DNA of 64,000 nt, taken from contig DJCV01000013.1 of assembly GCA_002430735.1 (NCBI GenBank), positions 33,460 through 97,459 on the forward strand, given 5' to 3'. This document shows, in pieces, positions 41,626 to 50,837 of this stretch. The translations under genes were made by a program, and so were the position numbers. This stretch comes from Candidatus Woesebacteria bacterium UBA5941 (lineage in GTDB: Bacteria > Patescibacteriota > Microgenomatia > UBA8517). Position 1 is the stretch's first letter. Each line of letters begins with the position of its first letter. The notes under the pieces are model-generated. The model was not told the origin of the DNA. It saw nothing but the letters and a program-made list of their open reading frames with translations, and did no database searches.

Positions 41626-42168
41626 TTATGCATTCATACTCTTTTGTCGTGCATGAAGCACGTACACGAGTTTTTGAATGTTTCCATTTAAAGTGGACAT
41701 CAGTCCGTATAGTGGGGATGAAATTCCACCAACTACTTGCGCAATTAATTGATCTTTACCAGGAAGTTTTGAAATACGTCCAATTCCTGCTGCATCTTGA
41801 AAAATTCCTTCAACAACAGCTGCTTTCCATTTTGTTTTTTCAGTATCAGCCATGAACTTACCTAAAATTTGAATAGGAGCAACAGGATCTTTTTCAGCAA
41901 CTACAACAGCAGTTTGACCTGACAAAATAGTATCAGAGAATGCTTCTTCCGGGAGATTTGCGTTCTTCGCAGCAATTTTAATGAGGGTATTTTTTGCAAC
42001 AAGCATTTTTCCATTTCCTTCTTTAAGCTTCTTTTTAAGTGCTTGTCCCTCTTTCATGGTGAGTGTTGTGTAATCAACAAACATGACAGAAGACGCATTT
42101 TTAAGCGCCTCTGAAAGAGCGGAAACTTCGTTTAATTTTGTGTCTTTAATTTGTTTTGAATGTTTCAT
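41626..42168 (-). CDS. rplJ: 50S ribosomal protein L10
   Basis: VAKNTLIKIA, SKLPGKDQLIAQVVG; upstream of rplL. Confidence 0.95.
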   Translation of the reverse strand: MKHSKQIKDTKLNEVSALSEALKNASSVMFVDYTTLTMKEGQALKKKLKEGNGKMLVAKNTLIKIAAKNANLPEEAFSDTILSGQTAVVVAEKDPVAPIQILGKFMADTEKTKWKAAVVEGIFQDAAGIGRISKLPGKDQLIAQVVGGISSPLYGLMSTLNGNIQKLVYVLHARQKSMNA

Positions 42169-42173
42169 GGTAT

Positions 42174-42268
42174 AAAAAAATCCTCAACCAGTGAGGACAT
42201 AGAAATTGCTATTTGTATGAGCCTCGGCACATTATAACCACTATGGGTTGCGTGCTGTCTTTGGTTAG
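42174..42268 (-). promoter_or_regulatory. L10 leader RNA with attenuator terminator
   Basis: Minus strand CCAAAGACAGCACG...TAATGTGCCGAGG resembles the L10-leader core, followed by TCCTCA-CTGGT-TGAGGA-T7 just before rplJ. Confidence 0.75.
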
Positions 42269-42312
42269 AAGTATAATACCACAGTTAACCGTGAATAACA
42301 AGGGAGTACGTC

Positions 42313-42747
42313 ATGTTTTTGATACGGAGGAGTGTGTGGGGTGAACGGCTTCAGAAAGTACTTTTGGTTTGTGGAATAGTTTTGATTTGCAGCGTGTGTG
42401 CAGCACTTTCAGTGATAACATACCAGCTTTCACAGCCGCTGTCTGTGGTGGAATGCGACGACTTTGTAGCTAAAGTCGTTGAAATTGTGACAGAACATGG
42501 GCCGCAACGTGAGCTTGTAGTCGAAGTCCAAAAGTACGTTTCCCCCAACGTGTTTGAAACAAATCAGTATCCAGGACTTATCGGCTTCCCTCACAAATCA
42601 GTTGGGAAGCTGATTGGAGAATGCAAGGGAAATAAGGTTACCTTTGCAGCAGAAAATATTGATGGTTCCTGGGACAGCTACCAGGTTTGTTTAGGACAAC
42701 GGTGTTCGGATGAGGAGAGAAAACCAGTTCGAATAAACATTGGGTAA
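42313..42747 (+). CDS. orphan membrane-anchored, Cys-containing protein
   Basis: TATAAT at 42272, SD AAGGGAG, TM helix, downstream terminator. Confidence 0.7.
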   Translation: MFLIRRSVWGERLQKVLLVCGIVLICSVCAALSVITYQLSQPLSVVECDDFVAKVVEIVTEHGPQRELVVEVQKYVSPNVFETNQYPGLIGFPHKSVGKLIGECKGNKVTFAAENIDGSWDSYQVCLGQRCSDEERKPVRINIG

Positions 42748-42762
42748 TACACCTCGAAATAT

Positions 42763-42786
42763 AGGCGGATAGTCTCCGCCTTTTTT
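42763..42786 (+). terminator. intrinsic terminator
   Basis: AGGCGGA-TAGTC-TCCGCC followed by T6. Confidence 0.85.
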
Positions 42787-42833
42787 GTTGAAGACTTTCT
42801 TGACACGTTACCTCAACACTGCTTTCATGAGTA

Positions 42834-45800
42834 ATGGAGTTTGATATGAATCGAGATCCGATTCAATTCGATAGTGAGAATAAAGCCTTCACTTTAAAAG
42901 AGAAAATGAGGGCATTTAAAATGTCTCTGAGACATTCTGCTTCTCCCTCCAAAAAACCTATTGTCAGCGGCATTTTAGTAATAGCCCTTGCAATTAGTAC
43001 TGTGTTTTTAACACAGCGCGTGCAGACTCCGGTACCAGTTGCTGAGAATTCACAAGCGGCGGTTCCCGTTCCCTGGACGTATCCTCGGAAGTTAAAAGTT
43101 ATCATTCTTCGTTATTTTAACCCGTCATCCCCTGAAGCATTTCGAAGCCCTGCTAATGCACAAATTCTGACGGATAATATGCAGGGTATTCTTTTTCAAT
43201 CTTCAAAATTCAAAGGAAATCCGATTGCTACGTCCTCTGTTCAGGTTGAGGTAGCTGGTACATATGACTTCAATGGCCTTCCGCCAAACCCTACAGGTGA
43301 ATGGGAGGATGGATATCGGCAGATGGTTGAACAAATCTTGCCAGGTGAGAATAGAACTGTCTGTGATCGCATTAATGCTGAGGGAATTGACCAAGTGTGG
43401 TTTATGGGTGACCCTTCTCAACCTGGCTTTATCAAGGGTCCTGAGTTTGCAATATCAAGCAAATACATTCGTCCTGAAACACTGGCGCTTAATTATGAGT
43501 ATCAGATTTTGCCAAAGACGCTGTTTTGTGGTGGCCAGAAGAGTTTTATGGTTTTCTATTTTGATTTAAGCCGTGTCGAAGTAAGTTCACATGCAATGGG
43601 TCATTATATGGAATCTCTTTTAGGTGCGGCACAGGGATTTGAACTTTTTACTAAAGGGTACATGGGAGTTTCATATTATGGTAATGGTGTTGATGGTGAG
43701 GCGATTCCTGGAGTGAACCTGTCTGACAAGTGCGGGAGTATTCACGTCCCTCCAAATGTATCAACGATCCTGAGTACTAATCCAAACCGATATAAAGGAT
43801 ATGAGTACGGTGATCCTACTGAAGTTCAATCCAGTTGTGACAACTGGAAGCCTGATGGCTCAGGTGCGAAGTCTGCCGTGAGTGCGGCAACTTGGACGAA
43901 TAGCAACAACCTTATTGGTAGCCAGGAATTGCGATATCACACATGGTGGATGCGGAATTTGCCAAATATGAATAATGGGCTCACCTATAACCAGATTCCA
44001 CTTCCGAATTGGTGGGATTTTATGGTTGATACTGATGAAACAATCGCATTTTATCTCAACAATACGTATTATATGAATCCAGATCTCTTCTTTGCAGTTA
44101 ACACTTCAGCGTGTGCTTCTACGACAAATGATACGTATATTACGTGTTCCTTTAATCCATCTGGGGTGTTGGGAGCAGCGACTGAATCTACTGAGAAAGA
44201 TTCTGAATTGTCACCTGCAGTATTGCAATCATCTGCTGCAGAATATGGAAAAATGATCTTAGTGACTGTTGGGTATTCTCCAAGCGCGGCAAACGCTTCT
44301 GCTGCCGTAGAGGTTGCCAGTTATTGCGGTCTTCCGCTCACTAAAGTGAATGCCACCCCATCGAGTGGTGGTGGCATGAAAACAGAGATGTTTTACATTA
44401 TCAATCCCGTAGGTACAAATTGTCAGGCGTATTTACAGTTTACGAGAGCTCCTGGAGAACGAATCGTGTCAGTCAGTGAATTTAATAATGTTGCCACAAC
44501 CGGAACCGTTTCAACTGGAACGACAATAACCGGTTCAACAAGTACTACCTATACTATTAACCCGACCTTCGTATCACTTAACTTAACAAGCACAAAAGAT
44601 ACCTTACCATTGTGTACCTACGCTCAGTATTCAGAACAGACAACTCCTCCAAATACAAATGCGGTAACTACAACAGGAAAAACACGCCAATTATGGAAAT
44701 ATGAACATACTCGAGTGTTAGGCCCTAATGGAGAGCCGAATCCAAATGGACCAATTGCCAATGTGTGGGGCGGTTTGGTTGGTGGCACTCAGAGAACTGC
44801 TGATGGGATGCAAACCGTGACATGGACGTTTGGGAAAACAATGCCGTGGTCAGCGACATGCGCAAACTTTAAAGTAAAGCCGTTTACTACGCCACCAACT
44901 ACCCCTCCTGTCACCCCTCCACCGCCAACGCCTGCTCCGATTCCGTCAGTTACCTTAAAGGTAAACGGCGCAGATAATGTAACAATTCCATATAACAAAT
45001 CTGTGTCACTTTCGTGGACTTCATCAAATGTCACCAGTTGTACTGCGAGTAACGGTTGGACGGGAACAAAAGCAGTGTCTGGTTTTGAGACAACAGCATT
45101 ACTTACTGCTAATAAGACTTATACGATCAATTGCACCGGTTCATTTGGTAGTGTGAGTGATACTGTGAACGTCACTGTAACGAGAGTGCCTGTTGTTGAT
45201 TTGAAAATTAATGGAAGTGATACCTCCGTAACACTTGAAAAAGGAATTGCACCGACTCTTGCATGGACTCAAACAGGAGCAACGAGCTGTACTGCAAGTG
45301 GTGGATGGACTGGGACAAAAGCGGTTGCTGGCGGTTATGAAAAGGGGGCCGTTCTTGGAAATAATGCAACCTATACCTTAACGTGTACAAATGCGTCGGG
45401 AAGTGCGAGTGATACAGTGTCCGTGGTTGCAGCAGCAACAACTGCAAAAACGGGTTATTTAGCTCAATATTTCAGTGACACTAATTTCCAAAAGCTGGGT
45501 TCACAGAGTGTTATCAGTTCTATTAATTTTGATTGGGGAACGACTGGTTTACCATATCCTGGTGGACCGTCAAACTACTATTCATCGCGATATACAGCAC
45601 AAATTACTCCATCTGTAACTGGAACATATACCTTTATTACGACTTCTGATGATGGGGTACGTCTGTACGTAGACGACGTACCTGTTATTTATGATTGGAT
45701 TTATCATGGAAGAGCTATATCGACAGGCACGATTGCATTAACGGCAGGGAAGCAATACGATTTCGTACTCGAACATGCTGAATCAACAGGTGGTGCCACC

Positions 45801-47159
45801 ATGATTTTCCAAGCAGGAATTGGCACTTCACCAGCGGCATTGAACCCAAAAGCCGTCGCATTAAATTTGGGCAATAATGGGGGAGGCTTAACAGCTGAAT
45901 ATTTCGGAACTGATTCATTCACGAATGTAATTGCAACCACTCGAGAACCGCTTCTTGATTCACTGTGGACCACTGTTCCGACGTCCCAGTTGCCACGGAC
46001 ATATAACTCTGCTCGATATTCTGGAACTATTACTCCAAAGGTCAGTGCGACCTATACGTTTGCTATCCCTCAAGGGGTGAGAATGTGGATTAACAACGTT
46101 GAAAAGACAGCATCTCCGACTCAGGCGATGACAGCAAACACTGCATATAACATTCGGTTTGAGACGAAACTGGGTGAATATATGTACTTTTACGCCCGTT
46201 GGAAGTATGGAACTCAGCCATACACGGCTCTTGATTTTCGATTCTTACGACCACTCGTGACAACCCAGACACAGCAACCGTCACCTCCTGTGTCTGCTCC
46301 TTCAAGACAAGGGATAACGGGAACATATTTTGATAAAAGAGATTTCACTGGGAATTCAGTGTCCCGAATCGACCCGTATATCCAGTTTTATTGGTCAGGT
46401 GCCGTGCCAATTGAGACAATTCCAACGAAAGACTTTTCGGTGCGATGGACTGGGTCACTTGTTGTTCCAACTGCCGGCGCGTATACCTTCTACACAGAGG
46501 CTGACGATGGGATAAGAGTGTTTGTAGATGGGCAAAAAGTAATTGATAAATGGACATGGGAATCACACTCTGGGAACGAGCAATCTTCCAATGCTATAAA
46601 CCTGTCCGCCGGAGACCATTCCTTGGTGGTTGAGTACAATCAAGGCAGTGGAGGTTCAAAGGCCATTCTTCGATGGAGTGGTCCAAATATTACAAAGCGG
46701 GTTATTCAAACTGAAAATCTAAAAGCCGAAAACGCGCTTGTTTCAGGTGTGCGAGCAAGTTACTTTAACAACGAATCATTCTCAGGAACGAGTATCGATA
46801 AGACAGACCCCTCCATTAACTTTACTTGGAATACTGACGCTCCTACTACAGGTGTAAACGCAAATAATTTTTCTGTTCGATGGACTGGTGTTGTGAATGT
46901 TACAGATCAAGGTAGTTATACCTTTTACACAGAGGCTGACGATGGGATGAAAATATGGATCGACGACCAGCTCGTTCTGGACTACTGGTGGTGGCAGAGC
47001 CATTATGGCGCTGAGAAGGCTTCAAACGCGATCACTTTGAGTCCTGGCACCCATACGGTAAAGGTTGAAGCGCATGATGCCAGTGGAGGTTCAAAGGCGA
47101 TTCTTCGATGGAGCGGTCCAAATATCCCAAAGCAAGTCGTTCCACTGTATTTGAATTGA
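42834..47159 (+). CDS. 1441-aa surface protein: TM anchor, peptidase-like N-domain, Pro linker, two Ig-like domains, PA14 domains
   Basis: PA14 motifs (YTFITTSDDGVRLYVD, and YTFYTEADDG twice); Ig-like LSWTSSNVTSCTASNGWTG twice; HAMGH. Confidence 0.87.
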   Translation: MEFDMNRDPIQFDSENKAFTLKEKMRAFKMSLRHSASPSKKPIVSGILVIALAISTVFLTQRVQTPVPVAENSQAAVPVPWTYPRKLKVIILRYFNPSSPEAFRSPANAQILTDNMQGILFQSSKFKGNPIATSSVQVEVAGTYDFNGLPPNPTGEWEDGYRQMVEQILPGENRTVCDRINAEGIDQVWFMGDPSQPGFIKGPEFAISSKYIRPETLALNYEYQILPKTLFCGGQKSFMVFYFDLSRVEVSSHAMGHYMESLLGAAQGFELFTKGYMGVSYYGNGVDGEAIPGVNLSDKCGSIHVPPNVSTILSTNPNRYKGYEYGDPTEVQSSCDNWKPDGSGAKSAVSAATWTNSNNLIGSQELRYHTWWMRNLPNMNNGLTYNQIPLPNWWDFMVDTDETIAFYLNNTYYMNPDLFFAVNTSACASTTNDTYITCSFNPSGVLGAATESTEKDSELSPAVLQSSAAEYGKMILVTVGYSPSAANASAAVEVASYCGLPLTKVNATPSSGGGMKTEMFYIINPVGTNCQAYLQFTRAPGERIVSVSEFNNVATTGTVSTGTTITGSTSTTYTINPTFVSLNLTSTKDTLPLCTYAQYSEQTTPPNTNAVTTTGKTRQLWKYEHTRVLGPNGEPNPNGPIANVWGGLVGGTQRTADGMQTVTWTFGKTMPWSATCANFKVKPFTTPPTTPPVTPPPPTPAPIPSVTLKVNGADNVTIPYNKSVSLSWTSSNVTSCTASNGWTGTKAVSGFETTALLTANKTYTINCTGSFGSVSDTVNVTVTRVPVVDLKINGSDTSVTLEKGIAPTLAWTQTGATSCTASGGWTGTKAVAGGYEKGAVLGNNATYTLTCTNASGSASDTVSVVAAATTAKTGYLAQYFSDTNFQKLGSQSVISSINFDWGTTGLPYPGGPSNYYSSRYTAQITPSVTGTYTFITTSDDGVRLYVDDVPVIYDWIYHGRAISTGTIALTAGKQYDFVLEHAESTGGATMIFQAGIGTSPAALNPKAVALNLGNNGGGLTAEYFGTDSFTNVIATTREPLLDSLWTTVPTSQLPRTYNSARYSGTITPKVSATYTFAIPQGVRMWINNVEKTASPTQAMTANTAYNIRFETKLGEYMYFYARWKYGTQPYTALDFRFLRPLVTTQTQQPSPPVSAPSRQGITGTYFDKRDFTGNSVSRIDPYIQFYWSGAVPIETIPTKDFSVRWTGSLVVPTAGAYTFYTEADDGIRVFVDGQKVIDKWTWESHSGNEQSSNAINLSAGDHSLVVEYNQGSGGSKAILRWSGPNITKRVIQTENLKAENALVSGVRASYFNNESFSGTSIDKTDPSINFTWNTDAPTTGVNANNFSVRWTGVVNVTDQGSYTFYTEADDGMKIWIDDQLVLDYWWWQSHYGAEKASNAITLSPGTHTVKVEAHDASGGSKAILRWSGPNIPKQVVPLYLN

Positions 47160-47177
47160 TTGTGTAAACCTGTGAAG

Positions 47178-47873
47178 TTATGCGACAGCCACTTTGACTG
47201 AAGGACCCATGGTGGAGCTTAAGTACATGGTTACAATTTGTCGGGCTGAAACTCCAGCGATAACAGCATTAATGTTTTCTGTTAAATCTTTGTCAGTCAT
47301 GCTGATCTTACCAACTGCTAAGTGAATAAGTGGTGCACTTTTTTCTGTTTTTACTGTTACATTGTTTGTTGAAAACTTTTCAACAGCAGCTTCATTTTTA
47401 ACGAGTGTTCCATTCTTAGGATTTGGCATCATTCCACGAGGTCCTAAGAGTTTTGCAAACCGGACTAATTTAGGCATCATGTCTGCAGTTGCCAGTAAAA
47501 TATCAAATTCAATCTTTCCTTGAGTAAGTTTTTCAATTGTGGCGTCTGTTGCAAACTCTACCTTCTTTTGACGACCTGCGCCATGTGGGAGGGTCAATTG
47601 TACTGAGAGATTATCTTTTCGAACTTGAGCATGTAATTCAACAGTAGCATCAAATTTTACAAATGAAGTCTCTTTAATAAGAGTTAATGCTTCAGCGAGT
47701 GAGTACGTTCTATTGTCATCAACCTTAGCTCGTGATGAAAGAATATTTTTTCCGTGCTTTGGCTTCTTGAACGCCGTTTTGGCTGCTAAGTCTTCAATTT
47801 TCTTTGCAGCGTATTTATCCACTTTTGTTGAAGTGTTCTCAGCGCCTACAGTAACGTTTTTTGTTTTTCCCAT
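47178..47873 (-). CDS. rplA: 50S ribosomal protein L1
   Basis: KFDATVE, LPHGAG, LGPRGMMPNPKNGT, SSTMGPSV. Confidence 0.97.
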   Translation of the reverse strand: MGKTKNVTVGAENTSTKVDKYAAKKIEDLAAKTAFKKPKHGKNILSSRAKVDDNRTYSLAEALTLIKETSFVKFDATVELHAQVRKDNLSVQLTLPHGAGRQKKVEFATDATIEKLTQGKIEFDILLATADMMPKLVRFAKLLGPRGMMPNPKNGTLVKNEAAVEKFSTNNVTVKTEKSAPLIHLAVGKISMTDKDLTENINAVIAGVSARQIVTMYLSSTMGPSVKVAVA

Positions 47874-47877
47874 ATAA

Positions 47878-48306
47878 TTAAGCTTCTACTTTAACTCCCA
47901 TTGATCGGGCAGTTCCTGCAACAACTTTCATTGCAGCTTCAACGTTTTCAGTATTCAAATCATTCATTTTTTCTTTTGCGATTTCTTCAAGTTGTACTTT
48001 AGAGAGCGTTCCTGCGATGGTTCGAGGCGTTGTGCCGCTTCCTTTTTCAATTCCAAGCTTTTTCTTGATCATTGCTGATACTGGAGCTAATCGAAGTTCA
48101 AAATCAAAAGATCGATCTTCATAGATAGTGATAACAGCAGGAACAACGTTTCCGCGCATAGAAGCTGTTCTATCGTTATATTGCTTCACAAAGTCCATGA
48201 TATTTAACCCGTGTTGACCTAAAATAGGTCCCAAAGGAGGGGCTGGGGTTGCAGCACCTGCTTGTAGGTTAACTTTAACGGTTGTTTTGATTTTTTTGCC
48301 TGCCAT
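47878..48306 (-). CDS. rplK: 50S ribosomal protein L11
   Basis: AGAATPAPPLGPILGQHG, GTARSMG. Confidence 0.98.
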   Translation of the reverse strand: MAGKKIKTTVKVNLQAGAATPAPPLGPILGQHGLNIMDFVKQYNDRTASMRGNVVPAVITIYEDRSFDFELRLAPVSAMIKKKLGIEKGSGTTPRTIAGTLSKVQLEEIAKEKMNDLNTENVEAAMKVVAGTARSMGVKVEA

Positions 48307-48525
48307 GGTTATAAATTAAAATCTCATTTGAAGATACTAAAAAGAGTCGAAGCGCCACCTAAAAAGGAAGTTTTTCGATACTTTGTGAGTATCTTCCTCG
48401 ATAGAATCTATCGAAGTACACGTAGTATATCGAGGTTTACGTGTGAATTCAAGTTTTGGGTGTTTTTATTCTATATTCACAACAGCTATCGTGTATGAAA
48501 TAATACATGTATATCAAATAATAAT

Positions 48526-48927
48526 ATGTCAGAACATGAAGGATCGGGTTCAGTAGATCTGGATGCGTTCACACCACCTGAATTACCAAACATTGGTACT
48601 CCTAACCCAGAAGGACATCTCCCCATTGAGAAAGACCCTGGGTATTTAAAATTATCTCCGGAAGATCGGATACGTGTACAGCAAAACACTCGCATTGCAG
48701 TGGCCGAGGGAGAAGATACAAGGTCTGGAATAGATGACCTTGTGAAGACTGGAAGTCTTCGTAAAATTGATAGTGAGGGTGACGAAACCCGTTACAGAGA
48801 TGTTTCAGGACAACGTGAATATGTACACAACTCACAAACTGGCCGTCTTACTCTCATTAAGGATGAAGATGGTGTCGATTATCGCAAAGAAGAGCAAGAT
48901 AGTAGCCGTGAAGACGAAGAGGAATAA
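48526..48927 (+). CDS. acidic hypothetical protein
   Basis: 133-aa ORF, D/E-rich, ends EDEEE. Confidence 0.65.
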   Translation: MSEHEGSGSVDLDAFTPPELPNIGTPNPEGHLPIEKDPGYLKLSPEDRIRVQQNTRIAVAEGEDTRSGIDDLVKTGSLRKIDSEGDETRYRDVSGQREYVHNSQTGRLTLIKDEDGVDYRKEEQDSSREDEEE

Positions 48928-49028
48928 TCAAAACTTCAGGAAGAGCGACTGAACAACTCCCGTTTGCACCCATACCCCATATTCTTTATAATAACGCCAT
49001 CAATCGGTTTGTGATGGAGGTTTCCGCA

Positions 49029-49586
49029 ATGCTCACACGGATGAAATGGGGAGACATCGTCAACAGCCCCCTGATGCAAGTTCTCATGTACGATAACAAA
49101 CGGTACATGGCAAGAAATTTATCAGGCGGGCATCTACCGAAAGGTCTGTTTTGCCAGCCAGAGTACACCACTGTGAAGGCGAAACGTATTGAGATCGGTG
49201 GGGTAACATTCATTGATGATTACAATGCCCAGGTGTATGAACCAGGGGACTACCGCCTCTGGGACGGAAACACACCTGATGATCAGTTGCATATACACCG
49301 GAGTTGGACAGCAAAAAAAATGTCATTTGAAGCCACGTATACGGTGTTAAGAGAAAGGGCAGAGTTCGTTGTAGCCCATAAAACGGGCTATTTACAAGCA
49401 GCGCTCATACCTGTGCCGTTTTTCGTGTGGACTCTGGACAATAAAAACAAGCCGTTCTACTATCCGGCCGGGAGCATTATGGTTCGTCAGGTGACACCTG
49501 ATGGCCAAGTGTTATCCGATGAATATGCAATGCCTGCACATCGGTTCAGTCGGTATCAGCCAGTGAAAGCAGCACGGGTTGCATAA
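49029..49586 (+). CDS. orphan hypothetical protein
   Basis: Upstream TTGCAC...TATAAT, SD GGAGG before ATG 49029, downstream terminator. Confidence 0.7.
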   Translation: MLTRMKWGDIVNSPLMQVLMYDNKRYMARNLSGGHLPKGLFCQPEYTTVKAKRIEIGGVTFIDDYNAQVYEPGDYRLWDGNTPDDQLHIHRSWTAKKMSFEATYTVLRERAEFVVAHKTGYLQAALIPVPFFVWTLDNKNKPFYYPAGSIMVRQVTPDGQVLSDEYAMPAHRFSRYQPVKAARVA

Positions 49587-49597
49587 CAGCAACCACT

Positions 49598-49633
49598 AAG
49601 TCCCTTAGGTGTACTGAGGGGCTTATTTTTTTT
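49598..49633 (+). terminator. intrinsic terminator
   Basis: AAGTCCCTTAG-GTGTA-CTGAGGGGCTT followed by a T-tract. Confidence 0.75.
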
Positions 49634-49677
49634 GCAGAAAAAAGAGGGAAAGGCGAAAAAAGCATTAACGAAAGGTG

Positions 49678-50310
49678 TTAAACCTTGGTTACTTGAAGGA
49701 AGTCGAGTTCGACTGGAGTTTCTCGACCGAAAATAGATACTAACACTTTTACTTTTCCTCGAGCTTCATCAACTTCATGAACAGTACCCAAAAAGTCAGT
49801 AAATGGTCCATCAGAAATTTTAACAGCTTCTCCAACACTGAGCTTTGTCTTAAACCGTGGAGCAGGGGAACTCGTAAACTTCATGATGTTGTTTACTTCA
49901 ACTTCAGAAAGAGGAGTTGGTTGGTCTCCAATACCAACGAAACCAGTGATTCCTGGGGTTGTTCGGACTGCGAGCCATGTGTTGTCATCCAAAATCATCT
50001 TAACGAGGATATATCCTGGGAAAATTTTCTCTTTAACGGTAGCTTTTTTACCGCCACGAACAACTACTTTATCTTGAGTAGGAACGAGAATTTCAAATAC
50101 GCGATCAACCATACCCATAGATTCAATACGTTGCTTTAATGTTTGAGAAACACGAACTTCGTGTCCTGAATTACTGTGGACTACATACCACTTTGCATCC
50201 TTGGAGTCATCTGAGTTCACGATAATGTGACCAGCAATCTTCTTTTTGCCGATACCACGCTCATCAATGATTGCGTCAGTTGTTGTTGGTGTTGTTTGTG
50301 AATCGCTCAT
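49678..50310 (-). CDS. nusG: transcription elongation factor NusG (N-terminally extended)
   Basis: KWYVVHSNSGHE, IFPGYILV, GPFTDF, VSIFGRETPVEL; start MSDSQ overlaps the secE stop. Confidence 0.97.
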   Translation of the reverse strand: MSDSQTTPTTTDAIIDERGIGKKKIAGHIIVNSDDSKDAKWYVVHSNSGHEVRVSQTLKQRIESMGMVDRVFEILVPTQDKVVVRGGKKATVKEKIFPGYILVKMILDDNTWLAVRTTPGITGFVGIGDQPTPLSEVEVNNIMKFTSSPAPRFKTKLSVGEAVKISDGPFTDFLGTVHEVDEARGKVKVLVSIFGRETPVELDFLQVTKV

Positions 50311-50489
50311 CTTGTAATAAGAATTTCTAATGTTTTGGCGAATAAAATGTCGAGAGAACCGAGGTACACTCCGACAATCGCCGATAGTATTATAACAGTT
50401 GCTGTGAGTTTTACAACATCCTGTCTTTTCGGCCATACTACCTTCAATAATTCAGCACGGACTTCTTTAATGTAGGTAATAGGATTCAT
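50307..50489 (-). CDS. secE: preprotein translocase SecE
   Basis: EVRAELLKVVWP + TM; upstream of nusG. Confidence 0.95.
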   Translation of the reverse strand: MNPITYIKEVRAELLKVVWPKRQDVVKLTATVIILSAIVGVYLGSLDILFAKTLEILITR

Positions 50490-50502
50490 GCGGTGTATCT
50501 TA

Positions 50503-50808
50503 TCATTTTGGGTCAGTACTACTCAAGTCTAGTTGAAACGCGTGAAGTTTTGAATCCTCATTTATAAAAACCAAATGTGAATCGGCATGGAAAAATTCAA
50601 CCTCTGTGCAAGTAAATCTCACCATACTGTCATGGCCTTCGCTTCCAACATTCACTTCGACAATAATTTTATCTTTTTCACCAATCTCAAATGAGGTGTT
50701 ATTCTCAAAGCCCATCCAGAGATATCGTTTTTCAGGAATAAGTGTAATTAAATTTGAAAGTGATTCTAGTTCTACGTTGCGGTGGTTCGGTATCAGACGC
50801 TCAGGCAT
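50503..50808 (-). CDS. hypothetical protein
   Basis: 101-aa ORF filling the gap upstream of secE. Confidence 0.5.
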   Translation of the reverse strand: MPERLIPNHRNVELESLSNLITLIPEKRYLWMGFENNTSFEIGEKDKIIVEVNVGSEGHDSMVRFTCTEVEFFHADSHLVFINEDSKLHAFQLDLSSTDPK

Positions 50809-50837
50809 TGCTCATTTTAACATGATAAAATTTTGGC

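Noticed and set aside
50311-50436. Longer nusG start from the ORF track
   Set aside because: It runs through secE in another frame; ATG at 50310 is coupled to the secE stop
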